20,000 nucleotides of DNA from an uncultured virus (IMG/VR IMGVR_UViG_3300046517_000919) (taxonomy: Duplodnaviria > Heunggongvirae > Uroviricota > Caudoviricetes), in the IMG/VR virus record IMGVR_UViG_3300046517_000919, one strand, 5' to 3'. Of this stretch, positions 7,576-15,560 are shown one piece after another. Both the position numbers and the translations under genes were made by a program. Each line of letters opens with the position of its first letter. Position 1 is the first letter of the stretch. A model generated the notes under the pieces. That model was not told where the DNA came from and searched no databases. It saw only the letters and a list, made by a program, of their open reading frames with translations.

Positions 7576-9401
7576 CTGATAGGGGTGAATATGTGGGTGG
7601 CGGGGTTGATCGTCCCGATGGTCACCCAAGCGCCAGTGCTGTCCTGCACTTGCACGGCTTGCAGCGTCGAGGGCGGCGGCAAGGCGATGATGCCGATATT
7701 GAGCGTCGCAGGCAGGGTGCCGACCACCGGCAGCGGCGTCACCAAGATCTGGTTGCTGAGCTGCGAGGTCACCGAGGCTTGGGTGTTCGTGCCGATGACC
7801 ACGCAGCCAATATTGGAGTTGGTGTCGTTGGGATCATGGGTCTGGTAGTTAGATGAGTCGGTCCCGACCGGGACCGTCCCATTCCGCTTCCAGTTGTAGG
7901 AAAGCGTCGGCGAGCCGGTCCAAGAGCCGCCGTCGCAATGCAGGGTCGAGCCCACTTGCGAGAGGCCGGTTATCTGGGGCTGCACGAGGATAGTCGGCGG
8001 CGGGCCGAGCCCTGACGTGATGGTGATGCCCGCAGTGGCTGTTGCGGTTACTGGCCCGGCTGCGTTGGTCGCGGTGACGACGCAAGTCAGGGTGGTGCCC
8101 ACATAAGAGTTGTCGGCGACGAAATCCGGCGAATTGGGAGCGCTGGTGATGGTGATCCCATTGCCCTTCCACACGTAGGAATAAGTCGGCGAGTACAGCC
8201 AATTGCCATGGTCGCAATGGATGGTGGTCGTGGCGCCCGGCGTCACCAGTTGCGAGCCCGAGAGGGTGGGGCTCGACTGGAGCACCGGCAGCGCCGTCAC
8301 GGTGATCTGGTTGCTGATCGGCGATGTCCCCGAGCCGCCCGCATTGGTCGCAGTGACGATGACGCCAATTTGCGCGTTGAAATCGGTGGTGGCGACGGTT
8401 GTGTAGGAGGTGGCGAGCGGGCCGACCGCGCCAGCGATGCTGATGCCGTTGCGCTTCCATTGGTAGTTGTAGCCGGTTGGCGAGCCGTTCCAAGTGCCGC
8501 CGGGCAGAGGGTTAACGGTGAGGGTGGTGGGCGCGGGGCCTGCCGATCCGGTGATGACCGGGGCGCCGGTATTGGTGGGCGCCGCCGGGCCGCCGCTGGG
8601 GCCTCGGATGTTCGACAGAGCGATTATCCGGTCAACACGGCGCTCGTAAACCAAGTCCCAAGGGTTGCTGGCGAAATCGACCAACTGTTTGGTGTTGAGA
8701 AATTTAGCGGCGATGAAGCCCATTGCTTCTCTATTGTGCGGGACGCCGCCTGCGCCCTCGGTCAGCATCGTATAGCTCGTCCCTGCCGCGAGGGCGTTCA
8801 GCGAGGAATGCGTGCTGACTGACAGCACCCCAGAGGTGAGATCATTGACGACCATCGTCGCCCTCGACCCGGCGGCCGTGCTGTAGGAGATGGCGTAGAA
8901 ATAGCAATGCCCGTCCTGCGGGAGCTGCGGCTGAACATCGAAGGTTAGATTTACCTTGCCGCCGTTCATAAACCAAATAAATAGCGGATCGCTATAGATA
9001 CTCAGCAGGCAATTCGCGCCATACGAAATCATGTTTTGCGTACCGGCGCTATCCTGTCTGACTTGAACGATGCACCCCATCGTGAGTTCGTTCATTGTCT
9101 CAGGAATAGCAGGCCAATGAGCAGCAAACGTCGATGCCGTAGTAGGATAAATCGCCGGGCCTACTGGGGTCATAACCGAATGACTGACGTTGACGCTTCC
9201 AATAGCGCTTACTTTGTTTGTAACATAATCATAAAAACAGCCGCCCCCAGCGGCGTTTCCGGTGTTTAGACTTCCCGGCAGGGCGAGAGCCGCCAGCCGC
9301 AACTTGGGGCCATAGAGGATATGGTTGCGATTGAGCCGCGCTTGGCCGCCGGGATAGCGATACCGGGTCAAAACATGCGGCGGTGCGATCAGGCGAGCCA
9401 T
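7572..9401 (-). CDS. Putative virion (tail/fiber or decoration) protein with three Ig-like repeats
   Basis: Start MARLIAPP at 9401; three repeats P.(I/L)(T/S)G...(L/I)....G.W...P..(Y/L).Y.WK.NG...(I/L).(V/C).V.(A/G)TN; beta-rich N-terminal domain (possibly LamG/ConA-like); T/S/G/P-rich. Confidence 0.75.
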   Translation of the reverse strand: MARLIAPPHVLTRYRYPGGQARLNRNHILYGPKLRLAALALPGSLNTGNAAGGGCFYDYVTNKVSAIGSVNVSHSVMTPVGPAIYPTTASTFAAHWPAIPETMNELTMGCIVQVRQDSAGTQNMISYGANCLLSIYSDPLFIWFMNGGKVNLTFDVQPQLPQDGHCYFYAISYSTAAGSRATMVVNDLTSGVLSVSTHSSLNALAAGTSYTMLTEGAGGVPHNREAMGFIAAKFLNTKQLVDFASNPWDLVYERRVDRIIALSNIRGPSGGPAAPTNTGAPVITGSAGPAPTTLTVNPLPGGTWNGSPTGYNYQWKRNGISIAGAVGPLATSYTTVATTDFNAQIGVIVTATNAGGSGTSPISNQITVTALPVLQSSPTLSGSQLVTPGATTTIHCDHGNWLYSPTYSYVWKGNGITITSAPNSPDFVADNSYVGTTLTCVVTATNAAGPVTATATAGITITSGLGPPPTILVQPQITGLSQVGSTLHCDGGSWTGSPTLSYNWKRNGTVPVGTDSSNYQTHDPNDTNSNIGCVVIGTNTQASVTSQLSNQILVTPLPVVGTLPATLNIGIIALPPPSTLQAVQVQDSTGAWVTIGTINPATHIFTPIS

Positions 9402-9406
9402 CGCGA

Positions 9407-9895
9407 TTAAGCCGCGTTGGTGTTGATGTCGCCCGTCAGGATTTTTACGGTGCCGGAATTGATGGTGACGCCCAAATTGTTCTGAAGAGCGAGGACGAAC
9501 GTCGAAGGCGGCAGCAAGAGGTTGCTCTTGGCGAGGTAAACGAAGGCCGTTGATCTCGGGTACGCCGCCATCACGCACAGCGGCTCCCATGGCGGGGTGT
9601 AGGTGGCTTGGGTGCCAGCGGTGAGCCCGCCATCGCCAAAGGTGGTCAGATCGTCCAGTTGCTCGGCCGCCCAGATGGTGACGCAGGCTCCCGCGAGGAG
9701 GGATGCCGTGGTGATGGACACTTTCATCGAGACTTTGCAGAGCTGGTCGTAATTGCCCGCGCCATCATTTGCGAACGCCGTGAGGCTCGACAGGATCGTG
9801 CTGCCGTTGGTGAGGGCGGTGAGGTCCGAGGCTTGGAAGGCGTTGGTCCAAGTCGATGCGAGACGGCCGACAGCAAGACCAGTGATATTGGCCAT
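9407..9895 (-). CDS. Putative virion structural protein (beta-rich, 162 aa)
   Basis: MANITG... A/T/G/S-rich, low charge; directly upstream of the Ig-repeat gene. Confidence 0.65.
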   Translation of the reverse strand: MANITGLAVGRLASTWTNAFQASDLTALTNGSTILSSLTAFANDGAGNYDQLCKVSMKVSITTASLLAGACVTIWAAEQLDDLTTFGDGGLTAGTQATYTPPWEPLCVMAAYPRSTAFVYLAKSNLLLPPSTFVLALQNNLGVTINSGTVKILTGDINTNAA

Positions 9896-9992
9896 GGCTC
9901 AATTAGCCCTTGGTGGTCCCGACGCCTCGCGCCCTTCATAGCTCAGCCCGCGACAAGAGAAAAGGGGAGCCGTCCACGTCGTACGAATGTCG

Positions 9993-10021
9993 TTGACCGA
10001 TGTCGCAGAATGTGCGACAAA
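9993..10021 (+). promoter_or_regulatory. Promoter plus perfect operator palindrome
   Basis: -35 TTGACC 9993-9998; TGTCGCA-GAATG-TGCGACA at 10001-10019; weak -10. Confidence 0.6.
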
Positions 10022-10058
10022 CAGTGCGGGCAGAATTCACGCCCATCTGGAGGCAGCT

Positions 10059-10406
10059 ATGAATTTCAACATCGATATCGCCCGCGACGGTTTCAGCGCC
10101 ACCCGCAACACCGAGGACGGCCCGGTTCAGGTCTGGGAAGAGTATTCCGTCATCATCGCCACCTCCGAGCGCGGCGACCGCTGGTCGCTGGCGGACATCG
10201 GCAAAGGGGCCGGGCTTGTGATCAGCGACGATGAGGCGACCATGCGCGAAGTTCTCGCGGCCCTCGACCATAACCCGGATACCCAGCCCGTTCGCTGGCT
10301 CCCCTGCGATCCGGTCTACGGCTCGGACGCTTGGGATGATGACGCGGAGCATTCGCTGGCTTGCTTCGAAGCCGATTGCTACGGCGAGCCGCGCCCCCGC
10401 TGGTGA
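10059..10406 (+). CDS. Hypothetical acidic phage protein
   Basis: GGAGG RBS then MNFNIDIARDG...; C-terminal W...DPVYGSDAW motif. Confidence 0.75.
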   Translation: MNFNIDIARDGFSATRNTEDGPVQVWEEYSVIIATSERGDRWSLADIGKGAGLVISDDEATMREVLAALDHNPDTQPVRWLPCDPVYGSDAWDDDAEHSLACFEADCYGEPRPRW

Positions 10407-10499
10407 GAGCCCCTCAACACCGTGCTTCAGGCCCGCTCCTTCAGCGGGCCTTTGGCGTCAGGAGGGTCCGGTGACCCGCCCAAGCTTAGGAGACGTGAG

Positions 10500-11000
10500 A
10501 TGAGAGAGTTCACCAAGTCCGAGGCAATCGCCCTCGCTGCGCACGATCACTACCATAGCATTTTGCACCTTCACGGCGACCGCTACGGCGTCTGGGACGC
10601 CAAGGGTGACAGCTTGGTTGAGTTCGACGAGGCGCCGCGTCCCACCACCCGCATCATCCAACTGACCGCTACGGTCGCCAACCCAGCGAAGGACGGGCGC
10701 AAGACCGATTGGACCGGCGCCAAAACCTTCGATGAAGGAACGCGCTTCTCCGACAACGGCTCGACCATCCGCATCGTGAACGCCACGGCTTACAGCTACG
10801 TCAGGAGCATGAGCGCCGAGGGCCGCGCGATCCTTGCCAACAGCGTTGAGGTCGAGCCCGAGACGGTCGCCGAGCTGATCGCCGTCCACGAGTGCATGGA
10901 TGCCGACTTGGTTCTGCGCGTGCTGTTCAAGCAGGGGCGCGTCAACGCGGCCGACTTCAAGGCTGCTGGCGAGGTGATCAACAGCGAGGAGGTTCTCTGA
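10500..11000 (+). CDS. Hypothetical phage protein
   Basis: AGGAG RBS then MREFTKSEA...; GC3-biased codons. Confidence 0.75.
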   Translation: MREFTKSEAIALAAHDHYHSILHLHGDRYGVWDAKGDSLVEFDEAPRPTTRIIQLTATVANPAKDGRKTDWTGAKTFDEGTRFSDNGSTIRIVNATAYSYVRSMSAEGRAILANSVEVEPETVAELIAVHECMDADLVLRVLFKQGRVNAADFKAAGEVINSEEVL

Positions 11001-11143
11001 TGGCCGCGACCCGCCAGTGGCGCCCGAGCGAGGCGCAGAAGGAGCGCAACCGGCTCATCCGCCAGCAGCGCGCCAACGACCGGCGAGCAGCCAAGCGCCG
11101 CTGGCTCAAGGCGCTCAAGGTCGCCGCCAAGCCGCCTGAGTGA
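11000..11143 (+). CDS. Small basic hypothetical protein
   Basis: GGAGG RBS, TGATG overlap; MAATRQWRPSEAQKERNRLIRQQ... Confidence 0.6.
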   Translation: MAATRQWRPSEAQKERNRLIRQQRANDRRAAKRRWLKALKVAAKPPE

Positions 11144-11156
11144 CCCACTACCCAAT

Positions 11157-11196
11157 GCGCAAGAAAGGGGGCCTCTGTGGCCCTCTTTTTTTGCGC
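11157..11196. terminator. Bidirectional intrinsic terminator
   Basis: GCGCAAGAAAGGGGGCC-TCTGT-GGCCCTCTTTTTTTGCGC; U-tract on + and an A-rich arm giving U's on -. Confidence 0.75.
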
Positions 11197-11460
11197 CTTG
11201 CGCTCAAGCCCCCACCCATGCCAGCCTGCGACCGTGCGGCTCGAAAGAGGGATAGGCCGTGCGTGGCCCCCTGACACAGTCCCTTCGCCTGCAATTCTAC
11301 GGCAGCGGGCGTCACCATCGACCGCAGCCGTATGGCGGGCGATAGCTCGGTGAGTGACGGGGGCCGTTTTACCCACCTAAACGCCCACATTTTTCGCGTG
11401 TGAATTAAAAAGGCTAAATTGACAGGGAAGCCCGCTGAGTGGCCTTCCTTCAATTCCCGG

Positions 11461-11479
11461 TGTCGCAGGCTCTGCTACA
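11461..11479. promoter_or_regulatory. Operator palindrome copy
   Basis: TGTCGCA-GGCTC-TGCTACA in a non-coding region. Confidence 0.6.
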
Positions 11480-11622
11480 AAACCCCCCACTCAGTGAGCT
11501 TCCTAGGCGATCCTAGGCTATTTACATGCCTTAATTGGTGGGGATTTTTGGTGAAAAGTGCGGTTGATCGACTTGGCTGAAATTGGTCAATAATCAGAAA
11601 AATATGAGCTAAGCCCCGGCGA

Positions 11623-11886
11623 TCATTGCATGGTCCCCATGGTCTGCTTCGCCCGCCCGCCTTGGACGATCAGCAGCTCGACGTGCTTGGCGATGCCGCG
11701 CGAAATCAGCAGCGCGTCATCCTTGGTCGGCGCATTGTCGCAGAAGGTCGCAGTGACCAGTTCCAGCGCCCGGATGATGCTCAGCGGGTGCTCGCACCTG
11801 TCCAAGACCTCGATCACTTGATTGGCGAGCCCGCAGACCTCGGCGACCTCTCTGGGGCTGGGTCGAGATTTACCTTGGTCCGCCAT
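11623..11886 (-). CDS. Hypothetical protein (87 aa)
   Basis: GAGGAG upstream; amphipathic helical sequence. Confidence 0.65.
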   Translation of the reverse strand: MADQGKSRPSPREVAEVCGLANQVIEVLDRCEHPLSIIRALELVTATFCDNAPTKDDALLISRGIAKHVELLIVQGGRAKQTMGTMQ

Positions 11887-12017
11887 AGCCGCTGCTTCTC
11901 CTCATCCTGCACCCAGAGCCACATGGGAGGCGCTACAGGCCCGACGAAGTCAGGGTGGGGCCGCCATAGCACTTCCAGCCACCCGGGCGTCCACGACCCT
12001 CTCAGGTTCGCTCCCAT
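11814..12017 (-). CDS. Hypothetical W/P-rich small protein
   Basis: MGANLRGSWTPGW...FVGPVAPP; TGATG coupling upstream, but 73-nt overlap with the downstream gene. Confidence 0.45.
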   Translation of the reverse strand: MGANLRGSWTPGWLEVLWRPHPDFVGPVAPPMWLWVQDEEKQRLWRTKVNLDPAPERSPRSAGSPIK

Positions 12018-12103
12018 CACGTCACCACCCAGTAGACCAGCAGCACCAACGCCCCCGCCAGCAGGATGGCGACGCTGATGTAAACCCGGTGACGGTCGGT
12101 CAT
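12017..12103 (-). CDS. 28-aa transmembrane peptide
   Basis: MTDRHRVYISVAILLAGALVLLVYWVVT; fills the gap with a TGATG overlap. Confidence 0.5.
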   Translation of the reverse strand: MTDRHRVYISVAILLAGALVLLVYWVVT

Positions 12104-12112
12104 CGCGGATCG

Positions 12113-12616
12113 TCACCACGGCGTGCGGGGGTAGAGGTCGCGCCTTTCGCCGAGCAGCGCCTCGGAGCGCCCGGGCACGCAAGTGCAGTCGAGCCAGCCC
12201 AGTTGCTGGTAGTTCGCCTGCTGAAGCGCGTGCTGCTGCTGGGCGCTGAGCTGCTGCCCCACCGGGTTCTGGAGCGCTTGCTGCCCCTGATGATACTGCT
12301 GGCGCTGCTGCGACAATTGACTGTCGCCCCAGTGGTTGGGTGCCGCCAGCGCGCTGTACGCCCGCGCGCTGTACGCCCGCTGCCAATAGTCGGACTGCGA
12401 GCGCCAGTGCCGCGTCTGCGCCCGGTCCAGCTCCCCGCGTACCCGCTCGTCGTTGAGCTGGGCCTGCAAGGCGTTGTAGCGCTCGGTCAAGACTTCGTAA
12501 TCCTTGACCCGCGCCTGCTTCTCACGCTCCAGCTCGGCGATCTTCTCCTTGTCCTCGTCGGAACGCTTCAGTAGCGGCAGCGCCACAAACGCCAGCATCG
12601 TGCTCAGCAGCGACAT
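12113..12616 (-). CDS. Hypothetical protein: hydrophobic N-terminus, coiled coil, Q-rich tract, WLDCTCVPGRSEAL tail
   Basis: GAGGAGAG RBS; paralog of 12618-12908. Confidence 0.75.
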   Translation of the reverse strand: MSLLSTMLAFVALPLLKRSDEDKEKIAELEREKQARVKDYEVLTERYNALQAQLNDERVRGELDRAQTRHWRSQSDYWQRAYSARAYSALAAPNHWGDSQLSQQRQQYHQGQQALQNPVGQQLSAQQQHALQQANYQQLGWLDCTCVPGRSEALLGERRDLYPRTPW

Positions 12617-12617
12617 C

Positions 12618-12908
12618 TCACTCTCCTCTCTTCAAAGCCTCGGCCCTGTCAGGCGTGCAAGTGCAATCGGCCCATTCGATAGCCTTTGGCTCCGAGCCGG
12701 GTTGCATCTTGAGCGCGCTGGTCAGGTGGATGTTCTCGATTGTCGCGTTGGTCAGCTTCTCGCGCACCGCCAGACACTCCGCCCGCCACAGGTCGCGCTC
12801 GGCCCTCGCTTCCGTGAGCTGCCGCTCAAGCTCAGCCTCAAGAGCGTTCTTCTTCTTTGGCCGCACCAGCGGGATCACCACCAGCGCCAATGTGCTCAAT
12901 ATCGACAT
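12618..12908 (-). CDS. Hypothetical protein: hydrophobic N-terminus, coiled coil, WADCTCTPDRAEAL tail
   Basis: GAGGAGG RBS before MSILSTLALVVIPL; paralog of the downstream gene. Confidence 0.75.
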   Translation of the reverse strand: MSILSTLALVVIPLVRPKKKNALEAELERQLTEARAERDLWRAECLAVREKLTNATIENIHLTSALKMQPGSEPKAIEWADCTCTPDRAEALKRGE

Positions 12909-12910
12909 GC

Positions 12911-13081
12911 TCAGCCTCCTCGCCCGTTTGGAATGTATTTCCCTTCGATTTCGCACGGCAAGTCGGGGTCTTCGACCAGCCGCTTGATCGCAGCGCGCAG
13001 ATCGGCGTCTTGGCGCCGCCGGATAGCCGGGACCAAGCGCTGAATGCGCTCCAACCATGTCCTGCGACGAAACTGGATCAT
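12911..13081 (-). CDS. Small hypothetical protein (56 aa, absent from the ORF track)
   Basis: MIQFRRRTWLERIQRLVPAIRRRQDADLRAAIKRLVEDPDLPCEIEGKYIPNGRGG; ATGA overlap. Confidence 0.6.
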   Translation of the reverse strand: MIQFRRRTWLERIQRLVPAIRRRQDADLRAAIKRLVEDPDLPCEIEGKYIPNGRGG

Positions 13082-13503
13082 CCCCCTAGAGCCTTCCTAG
13101 CGCGCTCCAGCGCCTCGACCCAGTTCGGGCCGTCATACACCCCGCCATGGACATGATAGAGGGTCCACACCCCTTTGAAAGCCGGATGAGCGGCAATCTC
13201 ATCAAGCTTATCGACCAGCCCCTTCAGCGCCGCGCGCACCTCGTCCTTCGCCTCCTGCCTCGCCTGCCTCTCCCCAAGCAACTGGTTGACAACGGCGAGC
13301 GTGTCTGTGGCCCGGCGTGACGGCGGGCTGGGATAGCGCTCGCGCAGCGTCGCCAGCATCAGCCTGCCCATGTTCGGCAGGCGTATGATTTGCTCGTCAG
13401 TGCGCTGCGCCAGCTCCTCGACCGTCACGCCCTCGCCGCTGGCGACGTTCGCGAGGCGCGTCCACAACATCTTGAGCGTCTGCTCTGGGGTGTAGCGGGT
13501 CAT
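13078..13503 (-). CDS. Protein with an RNA polymerase alpha-CTD-like (HhH) N-terminal domain
   Basis: GVTVEELAQRTDEQIIRLPNMGRLMLATLRE resembles RpoA CTD [31 protein letters not shown]. Confidence 0.65.
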   Translation of the reverse strand: MTRYTPEQTLKMLWTRLANVASGEGVTVEELAQRTDEQIIRLPNMGRLMLATLRERYPSPPSRRATDTLAVVNQLLGERQARQEAKDEVRAALKGLVDKLDEIAAHPAFKGVWTLYHVHGGVYDGPNWVEALERARKALGG

Positions 13504-13793
13504 TTGGGCTCCACCGGCAGGGTCATGCGAACGATGGCGTCAGCCGCCGCCGAGCGCGGCTTGGGCGATCTAGCCTTAGTCTCACCGGCCCATAGCATGA
13601 CCCGCCGACAGCCAACACAATCGACTGCGCTAAGCCGTCTGGGCGGGCTCCATGGGCCAAGGCGAGGGATAGCGCCGCACAAGGCGCCAATGGCTTCAGG
13701 GCCCGCGCTGACGGCATGGAAGCGTCCATACTTACCCACTTGTCGGGAGTTAATCCGACGGGCGACCAATAGGCGTTTGGGCGTTTTCACCAT
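13500..13793 (-). CDS. Hypothetical Zn-binding protein
   Basis: FHAV...ALCG...VDCVGC ligand pattern; ATGA overlap; TTGACA-18 bp-CATCTT promoter upstream (13830-13801). Confidence 0.65.
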   Translation of the reverse strand: MVKTPKRLLVARRINSRQVGKYGRFHAVSAGPEAIGALCGAIPRLGPWSPPRRLSAVDCVGCRRVMLWAGETKARSPKPRSAAADAIVRMTLPVEPK

Positions 13794-13920
13794 GTCTTGG
13801 AAGATGCGTGAGGAGAGACAAATGTGTCAAGTGCTGCGACGAGCCTGATTATTCACAAGAGAGAGTGATGGTTTAGATGCGGGGTCAAAGCCGGGTCCAG
13901 AACAAATCTGTAATAGCATA

Positions 13921-14024
13921 TATCAATGGCTTAGCTGGTGCTGGTGTGGCAAAAGTGGGGTCATGGCAAAAAGACCAATCCTGTCAATGTCAATCCCCTT
14001 TTTTAGGGGTCTAACCCATTGATA
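13921..14024. promoter_or_regulatory. Two IHF consensus sites in inverted orientation (third near-match at 14481-14493)
   Basis: TATCAATGGCTTA (13921-13933, +) and TATCAATGGGTTA (14024-14012, -) match WATCAANNNNTTR; CATCAATGGGTTA at 14481. Confidence 0.6.
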
Positions 14025-14721
14025 TTGCAGGATGTGGTACCCAACGGTTTGAAATGTCATGTTAAAAAACCCCCCTCGCGCATCAACCCCACGATCTTAG
14101 ATCGTAAAACTCGCGTAGCGAAGGCCCGGCCGAAGCGAAGCGCGTTCAAACATTTGCGTACTGCATCCGCGCGCGTGCTACGCACACGCCCGCGCAGCCA
14201 GACCCAAATGACCCCGGAGTGTAGCGCTTCATGCAACCTCGCCAGCGATCAGCGTTCGGCTGCGTCCCGACCCTGACGGGCGCTCGGCCGGGCCTCGCTG
14301 TCGGGCCTTCGCCTCACTCACTCGGAGGCCTTCAGATCACCACCGCCTGATCGTACGATAGGCTTCCGCCGGGCGCGGCGCGCGGCTGCGTCCTGACGCG
14401 CCCTGACTGCGACAGGAACTGCGACAAATCTGGGAACGAAACCGGGAACAGCCGAGCCGCCGATGATGCAGATGCTGCTACATCAATGGGTTACGCTGGC
14501 TGTTCGACGGAAGGCTGTTCCGCCAGCGACGGATAACCAATCCGCTGGTCATGCGGTGGGCTGGGGGTGGCATGGGGTGAGGCGGATCGACCGCTGGCCA
14601 ATCGTACGGCCGGATGGCAGGCGAGAGGGGGGGGGGGGAGCCCCCGGCGCCTTCTTGGTCAATGTCAGCCCCTCCGCTAATATGTGTCGCGCTTCAGATG
14701 AACAACAGCCCATATATGGAC

Positions 14722-14753
14722 TATTATTCTTCATGGGGGGTATTATTCTTCAT
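14722..14753 (+). repeat. 13-bp direct repeat TATTATTCTTCAT x2, separated by G6
   Basis: Copies at 14722-14734 and 14741-14753. Confidence 0.8.
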
Positions 14754-14978
14754 TGCGGGGATTTTTCTCCATGAGGTGGGGAATGGCGCGCAAGTCGGAC
14801 AATCATCCTTCTACGTTGGTGGATTGGGGTTATCGTCCCGGGTATTTGCCGCATGGGGCGAGGGGCGATTACCGGCTTGCGAATGAGAAGCCGCCGACGG
14901 TGAGGGAGCGGCAGGGGCAATCGCAGAGCCGCAAGCCTGTTTCGTTAGCGTCTGTTTGGTTAAGGGGAACCAAGGATA

Positions 14979-15560
14979 ATGGCTACTCGTAGGGTTCTGC
15001 GCATAGGCCGCCATGCCCGGCCTAAGTCCACATGGGAGGATTTGGACCCACTGTTAGAAACTCTAACCCACACGCAACCACCTTCGGTGGATATGCGAAC
15101 AGAGCCGCCACTTCCGTATGACCCGCTTAATTACAGTCGTGGGCCACGGGGTCGCACGCCCGGTGCGGAGGCGAGGGCGATTGTGAGCCGGATGGCGGGG
15201 TTGGGTTACAGCGTCCCAAAGATCAGCAGGCTCACGGGTTTCCGTCCATCGACTTTGTATCGCGCGTTTCGTGAGGAGCTGACCACTGCCGCTGATTTGC
15301 GGGATCTTGATGTTCTCGAAAGCGCCTTCCATCAGGCGGTTGGCGGTCCTGAGAGGAATTTCCGGCATGCGGACGCGAGCATGACGCGGTTTTGGCTGGG
15401 GCAGCGTCTGGGGTGGAAGCAGCCGACGGCTTACGATCAGGCCCGCAACAAGGTAGAGATTGACCTCGACCGGTTGAGTGACGAGGAATTGCATGAGCTT
15501 GATCGAATCATTGGCCGGGCGAGTGACGGCGACACAGGTGAAGGAGGCTCTGAGGCGTAG
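14979..15560 (+). CDS. terS: Terminase small subunit
   Basis: HTH MAGLGYSVPKISRLTGFRPSTLYRAFREEL, then FHQAVGG...TRFWLGQRLGWKQ and C-terminal DLDRLSDEEL; immediately upstream of and overlapping terL. Confidence 0.8.
   Translation: MATRRVLRIGRHARPKSTWEDLDPLLETLTHTQPPSVDMRTEPPLPYDPLNYSRGPRGRTPGAEARAIVSRMAGLGYSVPKISRLTGFRPSTLYRAFREELTTAADLRDLDVLESAFHQAVGGPERNFRHADASMTRFWLGQRLGWKQPTAYDQARNKVEIDLDRLSDEELHELDRIIGRASDGDTGEGGSEA

Noticed and set aside
7572..9401. Diversity-generating retroelement target
   Set aside because: No reverse transcriptase and no TR/VR repeat pair visible in the window.
9911..9947. tRNA-like fragments (GCCCTTCATAGCTCAG on +; GTCGGGACCACCA on -)
   Set aside because: No T-loop (TTCGA) and no cloverleaf; the two pieces are on opposite strands.
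14434..14449. GAAC-N8-GAAC resembling the alphaproteobacterial LexA box
   Set aside because: The canonical spacing is N7; this is N8.
14019..14992. Short ORFs in the terS-upstream region
   Set aside because: Atypical composition, no RBS, some span the poly-G run; treated as non-coding.
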